In this document: in pieces, positions 1 through 9,256 of the stretch
How the letters are laid out: every line of letters begins with the position of its first letter
Numbering within the stretch: position 1 is the first letter of the stretch
From: Dehalococcoidales bacterium
Lineage (GTDB): Bacteria; Chloroflexota; Dehalococcoidia; Dehalococcoidales; UBA2162
NCBI GenBank assembly: GCA_034416335.1
Contig: DAOULV010000023.1
Coordinates: forward strand, 768-64,767
Reading direction: 5' to 3'
DNA: 64,000 nucleotides
The notes under the pieces: generated by a model
Seen by the model: the letters and a program-made list of their open reading frames with translations, nothing else
Told to the model about the DNA's origin: nothing
Database searches by the model: none
Program-made: the position numbers and the translations under genes

Positions 1-2
1 CC

Positions 3-134
3 CGGGAGATGGGTATACCGGGAGAAATGATAACCGATGACGTTCTTGACCAGGTGAAGAAGAGAGTTGAATGGGGACTAGAGTGCTGGGATGAAGTAAT
101 GAAGGAAGCTATCAATATGGCTCTCAAGAGCTAG
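3..134 (+). CDS. 3' end of a gene that starts left of the window (product unknown)
   Basis: The frame is open from the window edge to TAG 132-134 (...ECWDEVMKEAINMALKS*). There is no start codon in the window, so it is absent from the ORF track. Confidence 0.3.
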   Translation, partial: REMGIPGEMITDDVLDQVKKRVEWGLECWDEVMKEAINMALKS

Positions 135-203
135 GCAAACTCATCCGAGACAATTTCTACAGGGGGTACTATGCCCGAAAACTGAAAGGAAGGAGGTGTG
201 ACT

Positions 204-527
204 ATGCCGGTTAAATGGAGCGCTCTAAAGGTCATCGAAGCGATGGATGCGGTCGAGGAGTATGTCAGCCAGGCTATCGAACCGCTGGAGAAAGCCAGGG
301 TTGCCGCTCGGGAAGCCAGGGATATCCCGAACCTGCCCCAGTATGTCGACCAGTACCTGATACGGATTATCAGTGAGATAGACCGGACTATCGGTGGCAG
401 CCAGTGGGAACCGGAAGGACGGCTAAAGTCAGGGATACAGTCTGTCCGCGAGTCGTTACCCGATGGAGTGGTAGAGGAAGAGAAAAAGAAACTCGAAAAC
501 GGCAATCAGCTAAGCCTGGTTGGGTAG
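204..527 (+). CDS. hypothetical small acidic protein
   Basis: AGGAGG at 190-195 then ATG 204, in the frame of ORF-track 198..527. A hairpin terminator follows. The antisense ORF 131..505 is treated as a shadow. Confidence 0.45.
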   Translation: MPVKWSALKVIEAMDAVEEYVSQAIEPLEKARVAAREARDIPNLPQYVDQYLIRIISEIDRTIGGSQWEPEGRLKSGIQSVRESLPDGVVEEEKKKLENGNQLSLVG

Positions 528-574
528 TGCATCTTAACCTAAGTGTGAGGTATTAGTTTTCAGGTTCGGTATAT

Positions 575-608
575 AAAAAGGGGCCGGTGATTCACCAGCC
601 CCTTTTTT
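575..608. terminator. bidirectional rho-independent terminator between convergent genes
   Basis: Hairpin GGGGCcGGTG-att-CACCaGCCCC (580-602) with an A-run upstream and a T-run downstream. Confidence 0.6.
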
Positions 609-1329
609 ACTCTGTTGTAATACTGTCATTAACACCATATAGACCTTCCGCTATCTCTCTTAAAATAGTCCAGGACCTGTTAGCAAGGAATTGCAGAATA
701 TCCTTCTCTATAAGAAACCAAAAGCCATTTATATTAAGCGGTATTTCCTGTTGCCCTTGGATAATCTTTCCGAAATTATAGGTTTTACCTTCCACTTCAC
801 TTACTAGATTGGTTTTTTTGATTTTATTCTTCAGTTCAGGATCGAAAATACCAACTAACTCGACTAGAGTGTTGATATCCTTAAGGATCAGCTGATTTCG
901 AGTTTCCCTTTCTAATTCGGTAGATGTCGGTAAATCAATAAATACAGGATGGGCTGCGATATTATTGCGAAGATTATTTAATGTCTTGGCTTGTTGGATA
1001 TATGGTTGAAGCGAACTCACGTCACTACATCTGTAAATGACTTGACCGAAAGTGCATCTTTCAATGTCTTTATACTCATGTCCGGTAACCTTCAGGTATT
1101 CATACTTAAAAATCTGGTCAACTGCGCAGGCACAACAAAAAATTGTGCTGCGATAATTTCCGTTTATATAGCTTTCTGAGGCTTCACCGGCATAATCCCA
1201 TTCTCGTTGAGATGCAAAAAGACGTCCATCTGTTTGTATCGGGGTAAGTTCCTGGAGTCTTTGAGCCCGTCTTTCAAGCGTTCTTTTATCAAAATCTTCG
1301 ATTCTTGTAGTAAAACTATCCGGATTCAT
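607..1329 (-). CDS. hypothetical protein with a HEPN-like R-x5-H motif
   Basis: ORF track 240 aa with a strong SD (AGGAGGAGG) before ATG 1329. The motif LRNNIAAHP fits the HEPN R-x4-6-H pattern. No other family was recognised. Confidence 0.5.
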   Translation of the reverse strand: MNPDSFTTRIEDFDKRTLERRAQRLQELTPIQTDGRLFASQREWDYAGEASESYINGNYRSTIFCCACAVDQIFKYEYLKVTGHEYKDIERCTFGQVIYRCSDVSSLQPYIQQAKTLNNLRNNIAAHPVFIDLPTSTELERETRNQLILKDINTLVELVGIFDPELKNKIKKTNLVSEVEGKTYNFGKIIQGQQEIPLNINGFWFLIEKDILQFLANRSWTILREIAEGLYGVNDSITTE

Positions 1330-1417
1330 TCTAACCTCCTCCTGTGTAACTATAAGGAGCTTGGTTGAATTGTCTTGGACCTGAATATAGTATACTCTTA
1401 TATTCTTTAACTAACGA

Positions 1418-1446
1418 TTGACATTTTTAAATCACCAAATTACAAT
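1418..1446 (+). promoter_or_regulatory. sigma70-like promoter of the toxin-antitoxin pair
   Basis: TTGACA (1418-1423), 17-nt spacer, TACAAT (1441-1446). This makes the ORF-track TTG start at 1418 unlikely. Confidence 0.5.
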
Positions 1447-1489
1447 GTGTATACGTACGGAAGTATGCACGTCTGGAAGGAGGTATGGC

Positions 1490-1753
1490 ATGAAACGAAA
1501 GATGACGGTAGTCTTTCACGATGAAGACCTTTATAAACAACTAAAAATCGAGGCGGTTAAAAGAAGCACCGCAGCGAGTGACATTGTGACAGACGCAGTT
1601 CGTGAGTGGTTGGAAAGTCGTGAAGATGCGGAACTTTTACCTGAGATTGAAGCCGCCCGAACCGAATGGAAAGAAAAAGGTGGCCGTCCCTGGTCCGAAG
1701 CTGAAAGAGAATTGGAAGAAACTATCATTCAGGGTGAAGGATTACCGAGGTAA
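1490..1753 (+). CDS. ribbon-helix-helix (CopG-like) antitoxin
   Basis: GGAAGGAGG SD then ATG 1490, in frame with ORF 1418..1753. The N-terminus MKRKMTVVFHDEDLYKQLKIEAVKRSTAASDIVTDAVREWL is RHH-like. It lies directly upstream of the RelE-like gene. Confidence 0.7.
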   Translation: MKRKMTVVFHDEDLYKQLKIEAVKRSTAASDIVTDAVREWLESREDAELLPEIEAARTEWKEKGGRPWSEAERELEETIIQGEGLPR

Positions 1754-1756
1754 AGC

Positions 1757-2026
1757 GTGTTCAGAATAGAGGTTTCGCCGGCCGCTGATCGGGATTTAGA
1801 TAAACTCAAAGGAAGGATACGTAGACAGGACTTTGAGCGTTTACGAACAGCAATTAGAAATCTAGCTGATGAACCTCGTCCCCAGGGTGTGAGAAAAATC
1901 AAAGGCGCTGAGAGGGCTTATCGCATCAGGATTGGTAGTTACAGAGTCGTGTATGAGGTATATAATGATGATAACTTGGTCCTGATTCTTCAGGTATCAC
2001 GAAGGAGTGAAACAACCTATCGATAA
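1757..2026 (+). CDS. RelE/ParE-family type II toxin
   Basis: ORF track 89 aa. RAYRIRIGSYRVVYEVYNDDNLVLILQVSRRSE is the typical RelE/ParE core. It starts 4 nt after the antitoxin stop. Confidence 0.8.
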   Translation: MFRIEVSPAADRDLDKLKGRIRRQDFERLRTAIRNLADEPRPQGVRKIKGAERAYRIRIGSYRVVYEVYNDDNLVLILQVSRRSETTYR

Positions 2027-2038
2027 CAGGTAGAATCA

Positions 2039-5000
2039 ATGAGTGATGAAGCTAAACAATTCAATAGCTACATTAGTTCTCTTCAAAAGGAATTAGCTAC
2101 AGGAAACACAACCGAGCATACTCATAGGCCCGCTTTTAAAACTTTAGTAGAGTCTCTTGATAAGGGAGTAACCGCAACAAACGAACCAGGCAGAATTAAA
2201 TGCGGCGCTCCCGATTTTGTTGTTACGAAAGGAGCCCTCACCATCGGTTATATCGAGGCTAAGGACATCGGTAAAAGTCTGGATGAAGCCGAGAAAACTG
2301 AGCAGTTAACCAGATACCGTGAATCTCTCAATAACCTAATTTTGACCAATTACCTGGAATTCAGATGGTACGTGGATGGTGACCTCCGGCTAGTCGCTAA
2401 TCTGGGAACTCCTGCGAAAGACGGAAAGATAAAACGCAGCAAGACAGGAGCCGAAGACGTCCATGAGCTAATAAGCGGATTTCTAGTAAACAAGGCAGAG
2501 GCTATCGGCACGCCGAAAGACCTAGCCATCCGGATGGCACACCTGGCACATATGATACGCAACCTGATTATCAATGCCTTTGAGAATGAGGAGGAGACCG
2601 GCGGTTTACATACTCAACTAGAGGCTTTCCGGGATAACTTAATTCCTGACCTATCTGTAGAGTATTTTGCGGATATGTATGCCCAGACCATAGCCTATGG
2701 GTTGTTCGCAGCCCGTTGTACATCCAACAATGGTACGTCTTTCACTCGACTTGATGCCGCTCAGAACCTACCGAAGACAAATCCTTTCCTGAGAAAGCTA
2801 TTTCAATACATAGCCGGCTACGACCTTGATGACCGCATTGCCTGGCTGGTGGATGACCTGGCACAGGTGCTGGCACAAGCGGATATGGAAGCCGTGCTCA
2901 AGGGCTTCGGCAAGCACACAGGTAAAGAAGACCCGGTAGTGCATTTCTACGAAACTTTCCTGAAAGAGTACGACCCTAAGATACGGGAAATGCGTGGCGT
3001 CTACTACACGCCGGAACCGGTAGTATCTTATATCGTGCGTTCCATCGATCATCTGTTGAAAACAAGGTTCAATAAACCGCAGGGGTTGGCTGATGAAAAG
3101 ACGCTGATTCTTGATCCCGCGGTGGGTACTGCCACATTCCTCTATACGGTGATTAACGAAATCTATCAGGCTAACACTGCAAAAGGACAGCAAGGTCTGT
3201 GGAATAATTACGTGGCGGAAAAACTCCTGCCGCGTATCTTCGGATTCGAACTGCTAATGGCACCTTATGCCGTAGCGCATCTGAAGCTGGGGCTTCTACT
3301 TCAAGATACAGGCTACGAGTTTAAGAGCGACCAGCGGCTTGGTGTTTACCTGACGAATACACTGGACGAAGCGATAAAACACTCCGAAGCACTCTTCGCA
3401 CAATGGATAAGCGAAGAAGCCAACGCTGCAGCCAGGATAAAGAAAGATGAACCTATTATGGTTGTGCTAGGTAATCCTCCCTATTCAAAACAGTCAGCAA
3501 ATAAAGGGAAATGGATTACAGAACTAATTAATGGTGTTATTGATAAAGATGGACATGAAATGAGTAAAGGATATAAAACTGTTGATGGTAAACCTATTAA
3601 AGAGAAGAATCCAAAATGGCTTCACGATGACTATGTGAAATTTATACGTTTTGGTCAATGGCGTATTGAACTTACAGGCCAAGGAATCCTCGGACTAATA
3701 ACCAATCATGGTTATCTAGATAACCCGACATTCCGTGGTATGCGGCAATCGCTAATAGAGACGTTTACTGATGTGTATATCCTGAACTTGCATGGTAATA
3801 CAAGGAAAAGAGAGGTTACTCCAGATGGCAGCAAGGATGAGAATGTTTTTGATATTCAACAAGGAGTAGCTATAACGTTATTCATTAAAGAAAGAGATGA
3901 AACTAAATCAGCAAAAGTTCATTATATGGATTTCTGGGGAATACGTGAAAAAAAGTACGCTGCTTTATATGAAGCTAGTATCGATACTCTCGAATGGAAG
4001 GAAATAGAACCGCACAGCCCTTATTATTTATTCTTGCCGACACATGAAACAGAGCTAGAGGAATATAACACTGGATGGAAACTTAATGAGATATTCCCTG
4101 CAAATAACGCGGGTTTTTATACATCGAGAGATAATTTAGTTATAGATTACGATAAAGAAGCACTACAAAATAGAATAATGAATTTTCTTGAAAATACTCT
4201 CAGTGATGATGAAATCCGAGAACGATATCAGGTAGTGGAAAAAGATGATTGGAAAATAAATACTACTCGTAAAATTATCCGCAAGGAAAAACATATTTCT
4301 AAGTTTTTTAAAAGGTGTCTTTACCGTCCTTTTGATACAAGGAATATATACTATCATAAAGCCCTGATACAAAGGCCACGATTTGAAATAATGAATCACA
4401 TGATTAGTGGTAATAACATTGGACTTATTTCTGCAAGAAGTAACAAAACATCCGAAATGACTCAGTTTTTTTGTTCATCTAATATAACTGAACTAAAGTG
4501 TGGTGAATATTCCATAGGATCTTACTTGTTCCCGCTTTACCTCTATCCAGTCGAAGGTGAGATGCAGTTTGATGGCGGCAAGCGACGTTCTAACCTTAAT
4601 CCAGAGTTTATAAAGGACGCGTCTGATAAGCTGAGACTAGAGTTTATCGAGGACGGAAGAGGAGACCTGGAGGAAACATTCGGACCGGAGGATATATTCA
4701 ACTATGCCTATGCCGTCTTCCACTCACCAACATACCGGACACGCTACGCCGAATTCCTCAAGATAGACTTCCCTCGCCTACCGCTAACCTCGGATAAGCA
4801 GCTTTTCAAGGCATTAGCAGAGAAAGGCGCCGAACTAGTGTCACTCCATCTCATGGAGTCACCCGCGTTGAATAATCTTATTACCAGTTATCCTGTAGCC
4901 GGTCCCAACGAAATGAAAAAGGTAACCTATGATGACAATAGCCAGCGTGTCTACATCAACAAAACGCAGTACTTTAAGGGTGTTCCGCCTGAAGTCTGGG

Positions 5001-5173
5001 CATTTCATGTAGGCGGGTACCAGGTATGCCAGAAATGGCTAAAAGACCGCAAAGGCAGAACACTCACCTACGATGAATTAACTCATTACCAGAAAATAGT
5101 CGTAGCGCTCAACGAAACTATTCGGTTGATGGCAGAGATAGACAAGTTGATACTGGAGTGGCCGTTAATGTAG
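2039..5173 (+). CDS. type IIG/ISP-like N6-adenine DNA methyltransferase with an N-terminal PD-(D/E)xK-like motif (no helicase)
   Basis: ORF track 1044 aa. Motif I is LDPAVGTATF and motif IV is NPPY (nt 3473-3484). The N-terminus has APD (2210-2215)...IEAK (2255-2263). The C-terminal YAYAVFHSPTYRTRYAEFLKIDFPRLP resembles the type ISP/IIG C-terminal domain. Confidence 0.8.
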   Translation: MSDEAKQFNSYISSLQKELATGNTTEHTHRPAFKTLVESLDKGVTATNEPGRIKCGAPDFVVTKGALTIGYIEAKDIGKSLDEAEKTEQLTRYRESLNNLILTNYLEFRWYVDGDLRLVANLGTPAKDGKIKRSKTGAEDVHELISGFLVNKAEAIGTPKDLAIRMAHLAHMIRNLIINAFENEEETGGLHTQLEAFRDNLIPDLSVEYFADMYAQTIAYGLFAARCTSNNGTSFTRLDAAQNLPKTNPFLRKLFQYIAGYDLDDRIAWLVDDLAQVLAQADMEAVLKGFGKHTGKEDPVVHFYETFLKEYDPKIREMRGVYYTPEPVVSYIVRSIDHLLKTRFNKPQGLADEKTLILDPAVGTATFLYTVINEIYQANTAKGQQGLWNNYVAEKLLPRIFGFELLMAPYAVAHLKLGLLLQDTGYEFKSDQRLGVYLTNTLDEAIKHSEALFAQWISEEANAAARIKKDEPIMVVLGNPPYSKQSANKGKWITELINGVIDKDGHEMSKGYKTVDGKPIKEKNPKWLHDDYVKFIRFGQWRIELTGQGILGLITNHGYLDNPTFRGMRQSLIETFTDVYILNLHGNTRKREVTPDGSKDENVFDIQQGVAITLFIKERDETKSAKVHYMDFWGIREKKYAALYEASIDTLEWKEIEPHSPYYLFLPTHETELEEYNTGWKLNEIFPANNAGFYTSRDNLVIDYDKEALQNRIMNFLENTLSDDEIRERYQVVEKDDWKINTTRKIIRKEKHISKFFKRCLYRPFDTRNIYYHKALIQRPRFEIMNHMISGNNIGLISARSNKTSEMTQFFCSSNITELKCGEYSIGSYLFPLYLYPVEGEMQFDGGKRRSNLNPEFIKDASDKLRLEFIEDGRGDLEETFGPEDIFNYAYAVFHSPTYRTRYAEFLKIDFPRLPLTSDKQLFKALAEKGAELVSLHLMESPALNNLITSYPVAGPNEMKKVTYDDNSQRVYINKTQYFKGVPPEVWAFHVGGYQVCQKWLKDRKGRTLTYDELTHYQKIVVALNETIRLMAEIDKLILEWPLM

Positions 5174-5322
5174 GTATAAATAGGAAATCAATGATTTTTA
5201 TATTACGAAGTTACCTATCAAAGCGGATTTCGGATAATGTCTTTGTTTTAGTATAAAACCTGTTAATTCTCCAAGCTATAGCTTGATTACTAGTTAAGGT
5301 CTAGCATAGTAATCTAAAAACC

Positions 5323-5351
5323 TTGACGTTTGTTGAACATAACATTATAAT
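5323..5351 (+). promoter_or_regulatory. sigma70-like promoter of the six-gene operon
   Basis: TTGACG (5323-5328), 17-nt spacer, TATAAT (5346-5351), in the 213-nt gap after the MTase. Confidence 0.55.
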
Positions 5352-5386
5352 CGAATACTTCACATATGTGGGGGGAGGTAAATAAT

Positions 5387-6286
5387 ATGCCAAACTACAT
5401 TAGAGATTTGTTTCTATATGTACCTGAGCCAGTATTAAGAAATTTATGCAAAGAGCATGGAATAAAGACTTCGGGATTAAAAAAACTGCAACTTGCCGAG
5501 CAGTTAGTAAAAGGGATTGAAACCCAAGAGTATGAGTCTATACTAGATCAACATCGTTATGCCGGAAGGGGAAGCGTGGTTTGGTTTAGACCTACTCGAA
5601 ATGGAGATACTTTCACAATATCCGATACAGAATTGCGAAACCATATACGTAACTATTGTAATGGTGATCCTTTTGAGAACGACCTTACACCAGAGCTTGA
5701 CCGGCATCCGAAAATAATAAGCTCTAGATTCCTCCATAATGATAAAATAATTATTTTAATGGCTCATATTGAGTTGTGGCCTCGAATTGTTGGCTTTGAA
5801 GTACAGGAAACGGAAGAGACGGTATTTTCTAGATTAATCATTCGACAAGGGTCTTTGTTTTTCGAGGCACGCGCTAGTCAATATAAAGCCGTTCTTATGG
5901 CAGAAGATATTGCGGCAGCACTGGATTGTACAGATATAGGTCAGATAACTCTCGGAGATGATGGTATGAATACTCTAATAGATCGACTGGGTGCATCGAC
6001 TATTGCAGCAAAACATAAACATAATTCAGGCGATTATGATACCACCGAAGTAGTTGTTAATCCTCAAATCGGAGATCTGAGAGACTCTTCACAATATTCC
6101 AATGAACTAAGCGGTCTAGAAGGACGTAGGAAACGAGTTTCTTTTGATTGCACTTTCGGTTCTGAGGTGGTAGCCGTAAGAGCGGAGCTTTATCCAAGAA
6201 CTGGGAATATAGTTTTTCGGTCATATGTAGATGAGAGGGTGTTAGATTATGTATTTGAAACAGTTAGACAAATTAAGGGATTATAA
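5387..6286 (+). CDS. hypothetical protein with an N-terminal SAP-like motif
   Basis: GGAGG 5374-5378 plus ATG 5387 is preferred over ATG 5366. LRNLCKEHGIKTSGLKKLQLAEQLV resembles a SAP DNA-binding motif. The rest is unassigned. Confidence 0.5.
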   Translation: MPNYIRDLFLYVPEPVLRNLCKEHGIKTSGLKKLQLAEQLVKGIETQEYESILDQHRYAGRGSVVWFRPTRNGDTFTISDTELRNHIRNYCNGDPFENDLTPELDRHPKIISSRFLHNDKIIILMAHIELWPRIVGFEVQETEETVFSRLIIRQGSLFFEARASQYKAVLMAEDIAAALDCTDIGQITLGDDGMNTLIDRLGASTIAAKHKHNSGDYDTTEVVVNPQIGDLRDSSQYSNELSGLEGRRKRVSFDCTFGSEVVAVRAELYPRTGNIVFRSYVDERVLDYVFETVRQIKGL

Positions 6287-6638
6287 CATTGCACAAGAGA
6301 CCATAGCTAAGCTAGATGAATATCTAAATAGCATCGCTGAAGAAGGAACAAAACGTTTCAGCCCCAATCACATGGCCGAACGGACTGGGCTTGACATTCA
6401 AATTTCTCAAACGATACTTCTCCGAACAGCTCAAATAGGAACAATTCAAACTTACTATGAAATAGAATGTCCTGAAGGTGATAGTGATTTTTTTGTTACG
6501 AGAATAGAAGATGTTGATTGGAATACTGAATGTGTATGTAGAGTGTGTGGCACAGAATATATACCAAATCCTTCTAATATTTGGGTGACGTTTAGTATTT
6601 TAGACCCTCCTTCCCCAAAAGCATTATGCCGCCTGTAA
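6249..6638 (+). CDS. hypothetical wHTH-like / Zn-ribbon-like protein
   Basis: ORF track 129 aa with a GAGGGTG SD before ATG 6249 and a 38-nt overlap with the upstream gene. It has an HTH-like SPNHMAERTGLDIQISQTILLRTAQ and a Cys cluster ECPEG...CVCRVCG. Confidence 0.45.
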   Translation: MYLKQLDKLRDYNIAQETIAKLDEYLNSIAEEGTKRFSPNHMAERTGLDIQISQTILLRTAQIGTIQTYYEIECPEGDSDFFVTRIEDVDWNTECVCRVCGTEYIPNPSNIWVTFSILDPPSPKALCRL

Positions 6639-7240
6639 GTGGTACTCACAAATCAGGTGGCAGCCTACAAGAACTAACTAAAAGACCAGAGTGGATAGAT
6701 TTCATCCCATCTCAGTTGGTGGCACTTGATAGAGATAAATACTCAGAATTACTAGGACGAGTTGAAGAATCACTCCTTTCAGGAACCAATAAAGAAAAAG
6801 GAGATAGTCTAGAAGAACTCGCTGATTTTCTATTAAGCTCAATCAAAGCATTTATTGTCGGGCAAAAAACCAACACATCAACCGGAGAGCTGGATAGATT
6901 CTTGAAAATAAGTAAGATTCCCGGGACATTTTTATGCGACTGGTCATTGTATATTCCCGTAGAATGTAAAAATTGGAATGATCCTGTGGGTGGGGATATT
7001 ATTGACCATCTTTATGCCAAAGCAAGGAATATGGATGCAAATCGAGGAATTTTATTTTCTCGTGAAGGTGTTACAGGCAATATGAGTCATGATGGTTGGA
7101 GACAAATCGTAAACTTATTTCAAAATTCCCGTTATATAACCATTGTTGTGGACATTGATGACCTAAGAAGTATCAACGCTGGAACTTGTCCATTGCATAT
7201 AATAGAGCAATGCCAGGAAAAAGTAATATTAAGCGCATGA
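6626..7240 (+). CDS. Mrr-like restriction endonuclease-domain protein
   Basis: ORF track 204 aa. GDSLEELADFLL...ELDRFL...YIPVECKNW...GILFSREGVT follows the Mrr_cat PD-(D/E)xK layout (D...ExK). It overlaps the upstream gene by 13 nt. Confidence 0.6.
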   Translation: MPPVSGTHKSGGSLQELTKRPEWIDFIPSQLVALDRDKYSELLGRVEESLLSGTNKEKGDSLEELADFLLSSIKAFIVGQKTNTSTGELDRFLKISKIPGTFLCDWSLYIPVECKNWNDPVGGDIIDHLYAKARNMDANRGILFSREGVTGNMSHDGWRQIVNLFQNSRYITIVVDIDDLRSINAGTCPLHIIEQCQEKVILSA

Positions 7241-7283
7241 ATAAGTACTATTTCAAACCTTTCAATTCGGTAATGAGTTATAG

Positions 7284-8192
7284 ATGATGAACGAACTTAA
7301 CAGCTCACATTTAAATATAATCGACACCATTAAGCTCAGGGGAAGAGAATTTACAGATGATGAGTTGAGCACTATTCGTGAAAGTGTGATAAATAACTTT
7401 GACAAAGGTCGTACTTATATATCAAGAGATATTTGTAATACCCTCAATTGGAAACAACCAAATGGTTGGCTAAAAGATAGAGCATGCCGTGACGTGTTAC
7501 TTGAATTAGAAAAAAGAGAAATAATCAAACTTCCACCTCCTTTGGTAGTTAAGAACAACAAAAAATCTAACAAAGGCAATAGTATAAGTTATTTGAAAAA
7601 TTTTGATCTGAATACACCTATATCCGAATTCCCAAATTCTATTGAACTAGAATTTGCAAAAGGTAATATTCAAGAGAAAGTCTGGAATGAACTGGTCAAT
7701 CAATATCATTATTTGGGACATAGCACTACTGTTGGTAGGTGCATTAAGTATCTGATTAGATCTAACGACAGGTTACTAGGGGCACTCTCATTTTCATCTC
7801 CGGCATGGGAACTGGAGACTAGGAATAATATCCTTAACTCAATAGGTATTGAAAATCCAAGAGATTACACAATAAATAATTCTAGATTTCTCATTTTACC
7901 TATAGTGCAAGTAAATAATCTTGCATCACATGTGTTAGCTATAGCAGCAAAAAAGATTGTTAACGATTGGAAGGACTATTATTCCATAATTCCTCTGATT
8001 GCTGAAACTTTCGTTCAACCATCTCGATTCGATGGCACCTGCTATAAGGCAGCCAACTGGATAGAAATTGGTACAACAAAAGGTTATGCTAAAAGAGGAA
8101 GATTTTATCGAAACAGTCAGGAACCCAAGAAGATATTTTTGTATGGTTTAGATAAAAGAATACGAACAAAGTTGCTACAATTAGAGAAATAG
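7284..8192 (+). CDS. DUF4338-domain protein (DruA-like)
   Basis: ORF track 302 aa. QYHYLGHSTTVGRCIKYLIRSNDRLLGALSFSSPAW and ETFVQPSRFDGTCYKAANWIEIGTTKGY match my memory of the DUF4338 signature. Confidence 0.65.
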   Translation: MMNELNSSHLNIIDTIKLRGREFTDDELSTIRESVINNFDKGRTYISRDICNTLNWKQPNGWLKDRACRDVLLELEKREIIKLPPPLVVKNNKKSNKGNSISYLKNFDLNTPISEFPNSIELEFAKGNIQEKVWNELVNQYHYLGHSTTVGRCIKYLIRSNDRLLGALSFSSPAWELETRNNILNSIGIENPRDYTINNSRFLILPIVQVNNLASHVLAIAAKKIVNDWKDYYSIIPLIAETFVQPSRFDGTCYKAANWIEIGTTKGYAKRGRFYRNSQEPKKIFLYGLDKRIRTKLLQLEK

Positions 8193-8200
8193 GCATTATA

Positions 8201-9256
8201 ATGAATGCACGAGATACCTTAAAGAATGCGCGAGAATTTATTCGTAAACAAGGCGGGCAAATTGCACCGCTCCCTATAACTGAAGAGGAATTGGATCCTT
8301 CAGCTCAAGATGATCAGTCACTTGAAACTTTTTCCTTAGAACCTACAAATTGCCAGAATGTTGAGTATTCATATCCAGATGACTGTGGAAACAGCGAATT
8401 CTCCTTTTTTGAAGATGGTAAACAGAGAACTCTACATATAGGATTTATAGAAACCGAATATGGAGATCATACTGCTATAATTCCGGTACATTTTGTAGTT
8501 GTTGCCGCAGTAATCTTACAACGGCAAGAGCGTGAATTAAGCCTTTGGGATCAGCCAGTGATCCGAAGTGGAATATTGGTCGAAAAGTCACTTGTTCCGA
8601 ATACACATGCTCTTAATGAATTTGAAAATCTCGGATTAGAAATAATCGATACAGAAGGTCTTGGAGGAGACTACTACGTATTGAGGAATAAAGCTTTACA
8701 AAAAGCAAAATCTATGAGATTAGAAGTCGAGGATGAATTAATACGTCGATGGCGTACAAGCGATGATGCCCAAAACGGCTTTTTAATAGTAGATGGGACG
8801 TTGATGAATTTTCGCGACGAGGAGAATGTTAGGCATTGTATTGGTGTCAGTAAATCATTCGGTACTAGATATTTCACCACAAGTGAGCACAATCGTATAT
8901 TACAAATGCAAGAATTTCAAAGATCTTGGACATTTCGTTTCCACCATCCTGGAGATGCACTAAATTTGGGAGTACGTGACCGAGTAAGTTGGTACCTAAG
9001 ACTTAGAACTAAAACTAACGCCGATCCTGAGTTTGGTCTTATCCGAGTAGAGATAAGTCACTCTTATCATAACCAGGCAACCGATTATGCTAATCGATTC
9101 TCTAAATCATTAATATCAGAAAGGCTACCTACTTCCTATCCGGATAGTCGGTGGGATAAACTTTTATATCCTATTCAAGAGTGTGAGAGTTATTTGTCAA
9201 GTGTAATACCTTCAATTCAAACCATCGCTTCCAGTATGAAAGGAGCGCTGTCATGA
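8201..9256 (+). CDS. NurA-like nuclease
   Basis: ORF track 351 aa. NurA-type motifs are FEDGKQR, RLEVEDE, FLIVDGTL and GVSKSF. It sits directly upstream of, and overlaps, a HerA-like ATPase. Confidence 0.55.
   Translation: MNARDTLKNAREFIRKQGGQIAPLPITEEELDPSAQDDQSLETFSLEPTNCQNVEYSYPDDCGNSEFSFFEDGKQRTLHIGFIETEYGDHTAIIPVHFVVVAAVILQRQERELSLWDQPVIRSGILVEKSLVPNTHALNEFENLGLEIIDTEGLGGDYYVLRNKALQKAKSMRLEVEDELIRRWRTSDDAQNGFLIVDGTLMNFRDEENVRHCIGVSKSFGTRYFTTSEHNRILQMQEFQRSWTFRFHHPGDALNLGVRDRVSWYLRLRTKTNADPEFGLIRVEISHSYHNQATDYANRFSKSLISERLPTSYPDSRWDKLLYPIQECESYLSSVIPSIQTIASSMKGALS

Noticed and set aside
1418-1489. Upstream alternative starts proposed by the ORF track (1418, 5366, 13724, 16976, 35877, 42133, 58882, 60645, 63249)
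   Set aside because: At most of these positions an internal ATG with a proper SD and spacing fits better, and the 5' extension overlaps a promoter or the preceding gene. The exception is 13724: ATG 13637 was preferred only to avoid a 77-nt overlap with the rSAM gene, its SD is weak, and the TTG at 13724 remains possible.
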